In this document: in pieces, positions 27,453-35,768 of the stretch | Position numbering within the stretch: the first letter of the stretch is position 1 | Layout: the number at the start of each line of letters is the position of its first letter | DNA from: Candidatus Omnitrophota bacterium | GTDB taxonomy: Bacteria; Omnitrophota; Gorgyraeia; B26-G9 | Reading direction: 5' to 3' | DNA: 64,000 nt | Assembly: GCA_043826565.1 (NCBI GenBank) | Contig: JBDRPX010000008.1 | Span: forward strand, 17,744 to 81,743 | Position numbers and translations under genes: made by a program | The notes under the pieces: generated by a model | Told to the model about the DNA's origin: nothing | The model's input: the letters and a program-made list of their open reading frames with translations, nothing else | Database searches by the model: none

Positions 27453-28106
27453 ATGCCTTTTTCTGAAAAAATTAAATCAGAGGTAAAAGAAAAAGCAGCT
27501 TATCAATGTTGTGTCTGTCGCAAAATAGGTACTGTTGAAGTCCACCATATAATACCACAAGAGTTTGGGGGCCCCGACACAATTGAGAATGCTGCACCGC
27601 TATGTCCGAACTGTCATACTGATTTTGGAGATAATCCTAAAAAGCGCAAAGCAATAACGGAAATGCGAGACTGGTGGTATAAAAAATGCGAAACTATGTT
27701 TCCAAAACCAGATTTAGAGATATTAAAGAATATAAATTCAAAATTAGAAAACATACAAGAACACCAAGAAAACGTAGTTGAATTAAAAGAAATATTGAAG
27801 AATTTTTCAAATAAAACAATTGATATGATCTCTGTTGACACAGCAAATGCTTCTGCTTCTGCAATTGTTCGTTCCGTCAGTGCAATTAGAATAGACCCAG
27901 TGGTATATCCGACCCCATTAGAAAATTCGCTATACTGTGTTAATGAATATAAGATACATTATTGTATATACTGTGGTTTTGGTTATAAGGTTGTTAATAA
28001 CAATGCAGCATATACACTTGCTTTAAGTCCAGTAAGTGGTATTGAAATTGAATGCCCTAAATGCAAACAAAAAGAACTTCATAAATCATTTCATGACATT
28101 ACATAA
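27453..28106 (+). CDS. cassette 10: HNH endonuclease family protein with C-terminal zinc ribbon
   Basis: 217 aa; CCVCR..VEVHHIIPQEFGG..NAAPLCPNCH HNH motif; C-terminal CIYC..CPKC. Confidence 0.65.
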   Translation: MPFSEKIKSEVKEKAAYQCCVCRKIGTVEVHHIIPQEFGGPDTIENAAPLCPNCHTDFGDNPKKRKAITEMRDWWYKKCETMFPKPDLEILKNINSKLENIQEHQENVVELKEILKNFSNKTIDMISVDTANASASAIVRSVSAIRIDPVVYPTPLENSLYCVNEYKIHYCIYCGFGYKVVNNNAAYTLALSPVSGIEIECPKCKQKELHKSFHDIT

Positions 28107-28177
28107 CAAATCTATTCACCTAACTGGTGGGTGCCCGGATTTGGGCTCAACCCAGTAGGTGATATTTATGTTATAGA
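28102..28177 (+). other. attC10 (family A variant)
   Basis: R'' CATAAC 28102-28107 overlapping stop; R' GTTATAG 28170-28176. Confidence 0.6.
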
Positions 28178-28185
28178 AATAAAAA

Positions 28186-28720
28186 ATGCCAAAATTAATA
28201 ACCAGAAAACAAATTCGAGTAAAAAATTATGATTATTCATTAAATGGGTATTATTTTGTAACCATTTGTTCGAAAAATAGAAAAATTATATTTGGCGAAT
28301 ATATTGAACATACCGTAGGGACAGCCCTTGCGGCTGTCCGAAACAATATTAAATTAACCAGATTAGGAAATATTATCGAAAAACAATGGATCGATATACC
28401 AAACCAATACAATAACATTACATTAGATGAATATATAATCATGCCTAACCATTTGCATGGCATTATAATTATTAATAAACGGACAGGGGCAAGCCCTGTC
28501 CCTACGATATCAAATTATTCGTTCTTTTAAATCAAAATCTACTCTGGAATACGTAAAATATATCAATGATAATAACCTGAATATTTCGGGTAAAATCTGG
28601 CAACGATTATTTTATGACCATATTATCCGAAACCAGAAATCTTTAGACGCAATTAGAAAATACATTGCAACCAATCCCGAAAACTGGGAAAATGATATTG
28701 ATAATTTAATTAATCTATAA
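28186..28720 (+). pseudogene. cassette 11: REP-associated tyrosine transposase (RAYT / IS200-like Y1 HuH), frameshifted
   Basis: Frame 1 28186-28530 gives YDYSLNGYYFVTICS..MPNHLHGIIIIN (HuH); the C-terminal part IIRSFKSKS..KIWQRLFYDHIIRNQ..NPENW continues in frame 2 (from ~28514 to stop 28718-28720), implying a single-base frameshift near 28505-28513. Confidence 0.6.
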
Positions 28721-28798
28721 CAATTCGCTCCAGGGCAATCGGAACCCGCCCCGAAAAAGACCGGGTCGGAACCCTCCCAGTGATTTCGGGCGTTATAT
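28716..28798 (+). other. attC11 (family C variant)
   Basis: R'' TATAAC 28716-28721 overlapping stop; GCAATCGGAACCC..GGGTCGGAACCC; R' GTTATAT 28792-28798. Confidence 0.55.
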
Positions 28799-28820
28799 AT
28801 AAATAAAAAAGGAGAGAAAA

Positions 28821-28970
28821 ATGGATGCGGGAATAATGGGGATGTTAGGTGTTATTGTGGCGATGGTTGGTGTGATTCTCGGAACAGCTATTAATATTGG
28901 TAGATCTATTCAAGAAATCAATAACCGATTAATCGCGATAGAAAAAACCATAAAGGAAAATAAAAAGTAA
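28821..28970 (+). CDS. cassette 12a: 49-aa single-TM peptide
   Basis: ORF below track cutoff; RBS AAGGAGAG 7 nt upstream; MDAGIMGMLGVIVAMVGVILGTAINIGRSIQEINNRLIAIEKTIKENKK. Confidence 0.35.
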   Translation: MDAGIMGMLGVIVAMVGVILGTAINIGRSIQEINNRLIAIEKTIKENKK

Positions 28971-29016
28971 TTAAATAAAATTATCAAATAATATTTAACA
29001 AAAAAAGGAGGGTTTT

Positions 29017-29532
29017 ATGAAAAATTTAAGTTTCTTGAACAGAAGAAAATTGGTGGTAGTATTAATGTCGGTAGCGTTCATGGTAACTATCGCGGGGCTG
29101 GTTCCAGAGTCAACTTTTGCTAAAGAGAAAAAAATAGACAATAAAATAGAGACGCAGGTAGACTTCCATATACTTGTCGTAAAGGTGGTTAGAGGTATCA
29201 ATCAAAGAGTAATCGGTAAGGTATGGTTTAGTGGCGGTACCTATGAGAATGATGGACTGAAAATTGATGGTGAAGGAAAAGTATTTATTAATGAAGCTGA
29301 TTTTGGATTTCAATTACCCACAAACAAGGCCTTAATATCTGCCGATGTTATGTTATCATCAAATAATGAGATCGAGAGTGGAACTGTCTTAGGTAGCATG
29401 AGCGGTGTTACGATAACTGAACAAGGAGTTACCCCTGGCGGGGATAGGTGGCTGAATGGAGTAGGCAGTTTTAATGGAGAGTTTATAGCAGCTCCTCTCA
29501 CTGCGGGGATATCAGGAACAACTGATAGATAA
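29017..29532 (+). CDS. cassette 12b: secreted hypothetical protein (signal peptide)
   Basis: 171 aa; RBS AAAGGAGGG; N-terminal signal-like hydrophobic segment. Confidence 0.5.
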   Translation: MKNLSFLNRRKLVVVLMSVAFMVTIAGLVPESTFAKEKKIDNKIETQVDFHILVVKVVRGINQRVIGKVWFSGGTYENDGLKIDGEGKVFINEADFGFQLPTNKALISADVMLSSNNEIESGTVLGSMSGVTITEQGVTPGGDRWLNGVGSFNGEFIAAPLTAGISGTTDR

Positions 29533-29554
29533 CTTGTTGGTTATTTTTTTAAAA

Positions 29555-29586
29555 CCCGCAGGATGTAGTTGTCCTGCGGGTTTTTT
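29555..29586 (+). terminator. rho-independent terminator inside cassette 12
   Basis: CCCGCAGGA tgtagttg TCCTGCGGG + TTTTTT. Confidence 0.65.
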
Positions 29587-29619
29587 GCAAAAATAGAAAA
29601 TAAAAAGGAGGAAAAGTCT

Positions 29620-30012
29620 ATGAGTGAAATCAATAATGAATCAAAAGAAATTAGCACAGGTTCCCCTAAGCGTTTTTATATAATATTTTCTATAGCAATA
29701 CTGGTGGCTTTAATTACAACATATGGGGTGTTCGTGGCGGAAAGAGTACAAGTAAATCAGGAATTTAAACAGAAATCGGGCCGTTTACTGGAAGAACTAT
29801 CTAGCCAAATGGAAAACAACCCAGGCATGATGTACTACGATGACTCGGCCAATGATTTTAATACGCAAACTGAAGATCTTTTTAAAGAAAGAAGTGCTAA
29901 GTTGAGCAACATTAAGTTTAAAGGAAAAATATTTTTAGGCACCTTATTAATGGTATCTATCGTAGGGGTGTTGCTATCATTTGTTTGCAGAAACAATAGG
30001 GTCAGGCACTGA
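29620..30012 (+). CDS. cassette 12c: membrane-anchored hypothetical protein
   Basis: 130 aa from ATG 29620 with RBS AAAAGGAGGAAAAG; two TM helices (N- and C-terminal). Confidence 0.45.
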   Translation: MSEINNESKEISTGSPKRFYIIFSIAILVALITTYGVFVAERVQVNQEFKQKSGRLLEELSSQMENNPGMMYYDDSANDFNTQTEDLFKERSAKLSNIKFKGKIFLGTLLMVSIVGVLLSFVCRNNRVRH

Positions 30013-30127
30013 AAGCTGAAAACAGCGAAAATAACAGAGTCAAACCCGGCCTGTCCCGCTACTTTGCCCCCTTCCCTTCTCCGGCAGAGTTGTGGTATCA
30101 TAGAATAAAGAAAACAAAATAAAAATC

Positions 30128-30204
30128 TATAACCATTTTATCCACCTGACCCTACCCAGCCCCAAAATGGGCCGGGCTCGGGCAGGTGATGTCAGTGTTA
30201 TCAA
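30128..30204 (+). other. attC12 (family B), last attC of array
   Basis: R'' TATAAC 30128-30133; CCACCTGACCC..GGGCAGGTG palindrome; R' GTTATCA 30197-30203. Confidence 0.6.
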
Positions 30205-30229
30205 AGCAACCTCAGAACAAACACCCCTT

Positions 30230-31543
30230 CTATTTCTCCACCAGATTATTTAAAAAAGCGTTCGTCATTTTAAAACCTTCTTTTTTCAACCGATCAATGA
30301 CCATATTTGTTCTTTCGACGATATCCTGATTTCTGCGATAATCATATTTTTCCTGAGTATCGGTTCCGTCATAATAGACAAAAGGATTGATCTGTTCAAT
30401 TTTTGGGATAATATCCTTGTGTTTTATGAGAAAATCCAGGCTTTCCTGAGACTCCTCCTCCGACTCTTCCGGAAAACCAACCATCAGGCTTACCCCGAAA
30501 AACAAACCCGCGCTTTTAAGTTTTCTGAAAAACTCCGCGGCCTCTTCTGGGCTAAACCCTTTGTTCATCTTTTGCAGTATTCTGTTTGAACCGGATTCTA
30601 AGCCGATAAAAAGATTATAACAGCCGCTTTGTTTCATTTTAGTCATAAGGTTTTCCGGCATATCCGCACGTACTCCGATTTGCGCCTCCCAGGGGATACT
30701 GCCGAATTTTTCGATGACCGCATCACACAATTGTTCCAGTTTATTTAAATCCGCGTTCAGCATGGAATCATGAAAAACAAAAACCTTAACCCTGTTGTCT
30801 TTGTGGAACTCTATCTCGTGGATCAGGTTATCCACTGATCTTGATTTAAAACGCTTAGTTAATAACCTTTCTGAACAAAACCGGCAGCCGCGGATACAAC
30901 CACGCGAAAATAAAAGTGAAACAGTTCTCGTTCTCGGATACAAGTCAACATAACTATCCGGATATCCTAAAATAACATATTCATTTTCACTTAAATCATC
31001 CTGTTCCCGGAATAATACAATTTTTTCTACTGTTTCCCCCTGCACAAACTGCGAAAAAGGGATTTCTCCCTCCCCGGCAACAAGGCAATCGGCTAATTCT
31101 TTTAACCGCGGGGTAAACGCTCCGTTGGTTTTAAAATACACTCGGGATATTTCCGGGCCGCCTAAGATAATCTTCAGATCCTTATTTTTAATTTTCAATA
31201 ACTCGACAATACCCAGGGTAGTATCAATATTGCTTTGGTAGCAGGAAAACCCGATATAATCAAAAGCGGCAAGTTTATCTATGTATTGATTAAACAGTTT
31301 GGTAAATTTTCCCCGGAGCAATACCGGCATCATATTCTCGAGAAGTTTATTACAGCTCATTTTCCAGGAAGTCTGAAGTTCCTGATCAGCCTGATTAAAA
31401 AATATATTATTAAGGTCAAACACCGAAACATCCAGATGTTTATTACGCAGATATCCGGAGAGCATCACCAGGCTAAGCGGCGGAAGATTCGGCCAAAAAG
31501 GAGGGCTTAGAACAAGCGCGATTTTTTTTAGATTATTAACCAT
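30230..31543 (-). CDS. B12-binding domain radical SAM protein
   Basis: 437 aa; cobalamin-binding N-terminal region, CIRGCRFC CxxxCxxC motif; convergent on the cassette array. Confidence 0.75.
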   Translation of the reverse strand: MVNNLKKIALVLSPPFWPNLPPLSLVMLSGYLRNKHLDVSVFDLNNIFFNQADQELQTSWKMSCNKLLENMMPVLLRGKFTKLFNQYIDKLAAFDYIGFSCYQSNIDTTLGIVELLKIKNKDLKIILGGPEISRVYFKTNGAFTPRLKELADCLVAGEGEIPFSQFVQGETVEKIVLFREQDDLSENEYVILGYPDSYVDLYPRTRTVSLLFSRGCIRGCRFCSERLLTKRFKSRSVDNLIHEIEFHKDNRVKVFVFHDSMLNADLNKLEQLCDAVIEKFGSIPWEAQIGVRADMPENLMTKMKQSGCYNLFIGLESGSNRILQKMNKGFSPEEAAEFFRKLKSAGLFFGVSLMVGFPEESEEESQESLDFLIKHKDIIPKIEQINPFVYYDGTDTQEKYDYRRNQDIVERTNMVIDRLKKEGFKMTNAFLNNLVEK

Positions 31544-31606
31544 ATACTTAAAAATTTACCGGTTATGTTGAAAATTTTCACAGCTGTAATATATGTACAG
31601 TAGCTA

Positions 31607-31660
31607 TGTCTTTTTTATGATATTATAATACAAAAGGACATCAATCAAGGAGAAAATAGT
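31607..31660 (-). promoter_or_regulatory. conserved promoter/operator element (copy B) in divergent region rSAM / SGNH hydrolase
   Basis: TGTCTTTTTTATGATATTATAATACAAAAGGACATCAATCAAGGAGAAAA ~85% identical to 19757-19810 upstream of intI; contains minus-strand -35 TTGATT / -10 TATAAT and plus-strand TGaTATTAT extended -10. Confidence 0.4.
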
Positions 31661-31686
31661 TCTAAAATAAAAGTCAAGAGGCTGAA

Positions 31687-32739
31687 ATGAAGATAAAAAA
31701 AAGTTTTGTGTTTATTACTATTGTCTGGTTTTTAATTTTAGTAATCGGTGAAATAGGAATACGCTTGCATGAGCACATAAAAGAAACTAAAAAAGTTAGA
31801 ACCAGAGTCACATATAATCCAGCTTCCATGTTTATTGCACACCCCTTTACTGCTTATGCGGCTAATCCAAAACATTATGACCATAATGCCCAGGGGTTTA
31901 GAGCGGAAAAAAATATTTTATATGCGGCTGATCCTGATTCAATCAAGATAGTATGCCTCGGAGGTTCAAGTACCTACGGGACCAGAGTATTTAAAGAAGA
32001 TAGCTACCCTCGGCAGCTTGAAAAAGTATTATCGGGATATTCAGATAAAAAAGTAAATGTTATTAATGCCGGATTACCCGGGTATAGTACGGCAAATATT
32101 ATCTCTTTGTTGTCATTGAAGATAATAGATTTAAATCCGGATATCATCATATTCTATGTAGGTTTTAATGATGCCTGGAATCGCCTGGTGTTTTCAGGGT
32201 TTAAAAATGATTATACTCATGCACAGCAGTCATGGAAGCTTGCAAAGCCTTCTTTTTGGAGAAAAAGCAGGCTTTTGGAAGTAATTGCCGATCTATTAGG
32301 GTATCCGCCGATAAAAGACCCGCACATACATTCAGTTGCCTGGAAGAAAAAGACAGGAAATCCTGAAAACAATTTGCGCAATTCTTCGGCCGAGGCATTT
32401 AAACGAAATTTAAGAACGCTTATCGGCATTGCCAGAACTCACGGAGTAATCCCCATTCTGGTAACTCAGGCAACAGATTTTAAAGACTATCCTGTCCAAA
32501 CTTATAATAATGAATGGATACGGGCAATGCAAGAGCATACCGAGATTACTAAGCAGGTAGCAAATGAAATGTCCGTGGACTTGATAGATATAAATAGTCT
32601 TATGATAGATCAGAAAGAATACTTTGCAGATGTGTTGCATATGAATATCAAGGGGAATAGAAAGCGCGCTCAGATCATTGCGGAATATCTTGTAAAAAAT
32701 AAATTGATTAGATCAAGTTACCTGCCTGGCTTTTTTTAA
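31687..32739 (+). CDS. SGNH/GDSL-type hydrolase family protein (membrane-anchored)
   Basis: 350 aa; N-terminal TM; IVCLGGSSTYG..SYPRQLEK..GLPGYST..FNDAWN blocks; paralog of partial CDS 1-781. Confidence 0.6.
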   Translation: MKIKKSFVFITIVWFLILVIGEIGIRLHEHIKETKKVRTRVTYNPASMFIAHPFTAYAANPKHYDHNAQGFRAEKNILYAADPDSIKIVCLGGSSTYGTRVFKEDSYPRQLEKVLSGYSDKKVNVINAGLPGYSTANIISLLSLKIIDLNPDIIIFYVGFNDAWNRLVFSGFKNDYTHAQQSWKLAKPSFWRKSRLLEVIADLLGYPPIKDPHIHSVAWKKKTGNPENNLRNSSAEAFKRNLRTLIGIARTHGVIPILVTQATDFKDYPVQTYNNEWIRAMQEHTEITKQVANEMSVDLIDINSLMIDQKEYFADVLHMNIKGNRKRAQIIAEYLVKNKLIRSSYLPGFF

Positions 32740-33702
32740 TATCTCACAGGCAGCAGCCCAGGCAGTTTGCGGATCCTCGCAAGATTCCGATGTCCCGATC
32801 TGCCCCTGATAAGCCCATACATAAACCGCATCCGGCTGTTCGCGTAAAAGTATCTCCCCCTGCGCGATAATCCGCGGCTCTTTGCCTTTTTGCACACCCC
32901 AGGCCTGCAGCCACTGATGATGTTTTTTATTATTATTTTGACAAACCTGAGCCATTTCCCGCACTAAGGGAGTCATCCCTTCAACATCCTTATCCTCGTT
33001 GACCCAATATATATCCGTGCCCAGATTATCCAAAGCCTCTATCTGTGCGGTTTCGGCCCAGGCAGATTTATCGCTGGGCATTAAACAGCATTGTGTTTCC
33101 AGCTGTGCATGATTTTTTTTAATATAATCCGCGATGCCCCGCACATAATTAATAACCGCTTTCCTTCTGAATTCATTCACTTGAGAAGCATCCGCGCTGA
33201 TTAGGCTATTTTGAAATATTTTTTCAAAAAGATTTTGGCAGGAAGGACAATAACAGTTGATCAATGAAGGCTCATCAATAAAATAACCCTCAAATCCCCT
33301 TTCGGAAATAAGATCGATTAATCCTTTTATATACTCAATAGAACAAGGATTATTATAACACCCGGCAGGAATATGCGAACCGTCTTTAGCCCTCTGATAA
33401 GCTTGCGGATTATTTAATAAAAACTGGCTGGATTTACCTCCGCCGAACAAATTGAGCGCTCCCCAAAAAATAACCAGCGGCCGAATCCCGTATTCTTTCG
33501 CAAGTTCCGGGAAAAAATCAGGTTTGCCGGTCATATAAACAAAATCATTTTCCTGAGCCGCCAAAAAAATATCATCACATCCCAGCGACCTGATCTCTTC
33601 TAAATCCTGCCGCACATGTTTGGGATTATGATGGCCCATATAGGCTAAACCAGTACGCATGCTCTTTTGCTCCACTATTAAGTGTCCCAGGTCGCAAGTC
33701 AC
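32713..33702 (-). CDS. hypothetical protein (possible TIM-barrel glycoside-hydrolase-like)
   Basis: 329 aa ORF, no confident motif; start possibly at internal Met (33657). Confidence 0.4.
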   Translation of the reverse strand: MTCDLGHLIVEQKSMRTGLAYMGHHNPKHVRQDLEEIRSLGCDDIFLAAQENDFVYMTGKPDFFPELAKEYGIRPLVIFWGALNLFGGGKSSQFLLNNPQAYQRAKDGSHIPAGCYNNPCSIEYIKGLIDLISERGFEGYFIDEPSLINCYCPSCQNLFEKIFQNSLISADASQVNEFRRKAVINYVRGIADYIKKNHAQLETQCCLMPSDKSAWAETAQIEALDNLGTDIYWVNEDKDVEGMTPLVREMAQVCQNNNKKHHQWLQAWGVQKGKEPRIIAQGEILLREQPDAVYVWAYQGQIGTSESCEDPQTAWAAACEILKKARQVT

Positions 33703-33739
33703 AAGTCGCAGGTATTTTTAACTTGCTACCTGAAACCTG

Positions 33740-34513
33740 TTACCTGCAACAGTTCAGAACTTTCATCATCTGCCTATGTATCTTTCCATTACTGGCCAGA
33801 GTCTGGGTTTTGTAATTACTGAATTTCTTCCCTATAAAATCAGTTACTTTCCCGCCGGCTTCACTAACCAGCAATGTCGCGGCCGCGGTATCCCAGGGGC
33901 AAAGGTCGGATTCCCAAAAGCCGTCAAACCGGCCGCAGGCAACATAACAAAGATCCAGGCTCGCGGCTCCGGCCCGGCGCACGGCCAAAGATACATTAAG
34001 AAATTTTTCAAAATTAGAAATATTATTATCTTTATGTTCCCGGAATCCGTAGGAAAAACCCGTGGCTAAAAATGCTTTGGACAAACTGCGCTCTTGTGAA
34101 ACAAAAATACGTTTTCCGTTTAAATAAGACCCTTTTCCTTTTCTGACGGTAAAAAGTTCTTCATGCATCGGATCATAAACTACCCCCAGAATAACCTCTG
34201 CTTCTCTTTCTAACGCAATTGAGACCGTAAAAAAAGGAAAACTGTGGGCAAAATTTGTTGTTCCGTCAATCGGGTCAATTATCCATCGGCCGGAACTTTT
34301 TTCTTCCGCGGGACGTTCTTCGGCAAGAATCCCGTATTCCGGAAAAGATTTTTTAAGGCTTCGGACAATAAGTTCTTCGGCTTTCTCATCAACATCGGTA
34401 ACGATATTAATATCGCCTTTATACCGGATACTTTTATGCTTTCCTTTCCGGCTTTTAATAAATTTTCCCGCGGCTATTGCCGCGTTCATAGCCGCTTTTA
34501 TCTCTTTATTCAC
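33740..34513 (-). CDS. inositol monophosphatase family protein (SuhB-like)
   Basis: 257 aa; WIIDPIDGTTNF and metal-binding motifs. Confidence 0.8.
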   Translation of the reverse strand: MNKEIKAAMNAAIAAGKFIKSRKGKHKSIRYKGDINIVTDVDEKAEELIVRSLKKSFPEYGILAEERPAEEKSSGRWIIDPIDGTTNFAHSFPFFTVSIALEREAEVILGVVYDPMHEELFTVRKGKGSYLNGKRIFVSQERSLSKAFLATGFSYGFREHKDNNISNFEKFLNVSLAVRRAGAASLDLCYVACGRFDGFWESDLCPWDTAAATLLVSEAGGKVTDFIGKKFSNYKTQTLASNGKIHRQMMKVLNCCR

Positions 34514-34526
34514 TTTGCTTCTCCCG

Positions 34527-35759
34527 CTATTTCTTTATATTCTGCCGCAAGTTATTAATATCTTCTAAAAGCATTTCCTCAATATCGGCATTGTAGCCCT
34601 GATAGCTTTCCGCTATATTCCCCTGGGCATCTATGACAAAAATCTGCGGGATAGCCACTACCTTAAAATCCCGGATAACTTCCGCCTGCTCATCCAGCAA
34701 CACCGGAAAAGTGAACCCTTGCTTCTCAACAAAATCGGCAATTACCTGCTTATCTCCGCTGGTAATCGTTAATAACTGAACATCGTTTTTACTTTTAATT
34801 TTCTTATACACGTTCTCAATTAACGGTAATTCCTGTTTGCACGGCGGGCACCAGTCTGCCCAAAAGTCGAGAATAATGATCTTTCCTTTTAAGTTTTCTG
34901 AATCGTAGCTGGTTCCCTTTAAATCGGTTAATACAAATCCCGGGCTCTTTCCCTGCAGAGGTACTGCGTCTCGGGGTTGAGACATTTCAGACCTATCCAT
35001 AACATTAACCCCTTCCGAAGGGATATACGAAAAAATCTTTTCATCAAGTTTGGGATTGATCTGCACATTTTGATAATTGATCAAAGTGATCATTTCTCCA
35101 TCCGGATTGAATATTTCCATCTTTGACGTATACTTCTTATCAATATCCCAGTAAAGAAGCATTTTTTCCGGGATCATTTTAAGCGCGGCCGGATTTTTAT
35201 CCGTATTCAGCTTCGCCGAGATCATTGCTTTTTGTGTTTCCTTTAACTGCATATGCAATACTGCTACCGGACGGGATTCTAAAACACTCTCCTTAGCCGC
35301 CGTAACATCATATTGCTCTAACATCGCATTAAACTGGTCAATCAGGCTGAATTGTTTGGTGAGCGGGGCATTATCCGGGGTTTCCTTACTCACATCAGAT
35401 TTCATCGCATTAATCACTTTGCCATCCGGAGCATTTTCTAACTGCCACAGCAGCTTTCCGTCATAAAGCATTGTTTGCTTCATTATCGGATCATCCTCAC
35501 TCATGCTCAGAGTTACCTCCATACGAAATTTATCCGGAATTTTATAATGCATCTGTACCCGGGCTTTTGCTTTCGGATCCTGCAAAAGATTATACTGTTC
35601 AAGCAAAGCAGAAAACGTGTTCACGCGCTCAAGCCCGGATTTGACACTCAGAATAGTTTCATCAGTATCCAAAATTTTTTCCTTAGGTGCAGTTTGCGCA
35701 AAAACTCCGCTGCTGATGCTAAAAAAACATATTAATCCGATCACTAAAATATTTTTCAT
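34527..35759 (-). CDS. TlpA/ResA-family thiol-disulfide oxidoreductase with N-terminal periplasmic domain
   Basis: 410 aa; signal peptide; C-terminal redoxin domain WADWCPPCKQE (CxxC). Confidence 0.6.
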   Translation of the reverse strand: MKNILVIGLICFFSISSGVFAQTAPKEKILDTDETILSVKSGLERVNTFSALLEQYNLLQDPKAKARVQMHYKIPDKFRMEVTLSMSEDDPIMKQTMLYDGKLLWQLENAPDGKVINAMKSDVSKETPDNAPLTKQFSLIDQFNAMLEQYDVTAAKESVLESRPVAVLHMQLKETQKAMISAKLNTDKNPAALKMIPEKMLLYWDIDKKYTSKMEIFNPDGEMITLINYQNVQINPKLDEKIFSYIPSEGVNVMDRSEMSQPRDAVPLQGKSPGFVLTDLKGTSYDSENLKGKIIILDFWADWCPPCKQELPLIENVYKKIKSKNDVQLLTITSGDKQVIADFVEKQGFTFPVLLDEQAEVIRDFKVVAIPQIFVIDAQGNIAESYQGYNADIEEMLLEDINNLRQNIKK

Positions 35760-35768
35760 GGTTCTCCT

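Noticed and set aside
28102-28798. Hairpins flanking the RAYT gene as REP elements
   Set aside because: The flanking palindromes have the same R''/R' cores and family-A/C sequence as the other attC sites in the array, so they are attC sites rather than REP repeats.
20546-30204. Regularly spaced ~70-bp palindromic repeats could be read as a CRISPR array
   Set aside because: Repeats are imperfect and of three sequence families, 68-85 bp, with conserved RYYYAAC/GTTRRRY ends. The 'spacers' are 400-1400 bp and each contains an ORF with an RBS. No cas genes. This is attC/cassette architecture.
33690-33745. Reiterated AGGTAAC/AGGTAGC heptads and GTCGCAAGTCACAAGTCGCAGG in the intergenic region
   Set aside because: Short, single occurrence; probably promoter/operator of the downstream minus-strand gene; not enough to call a feature.
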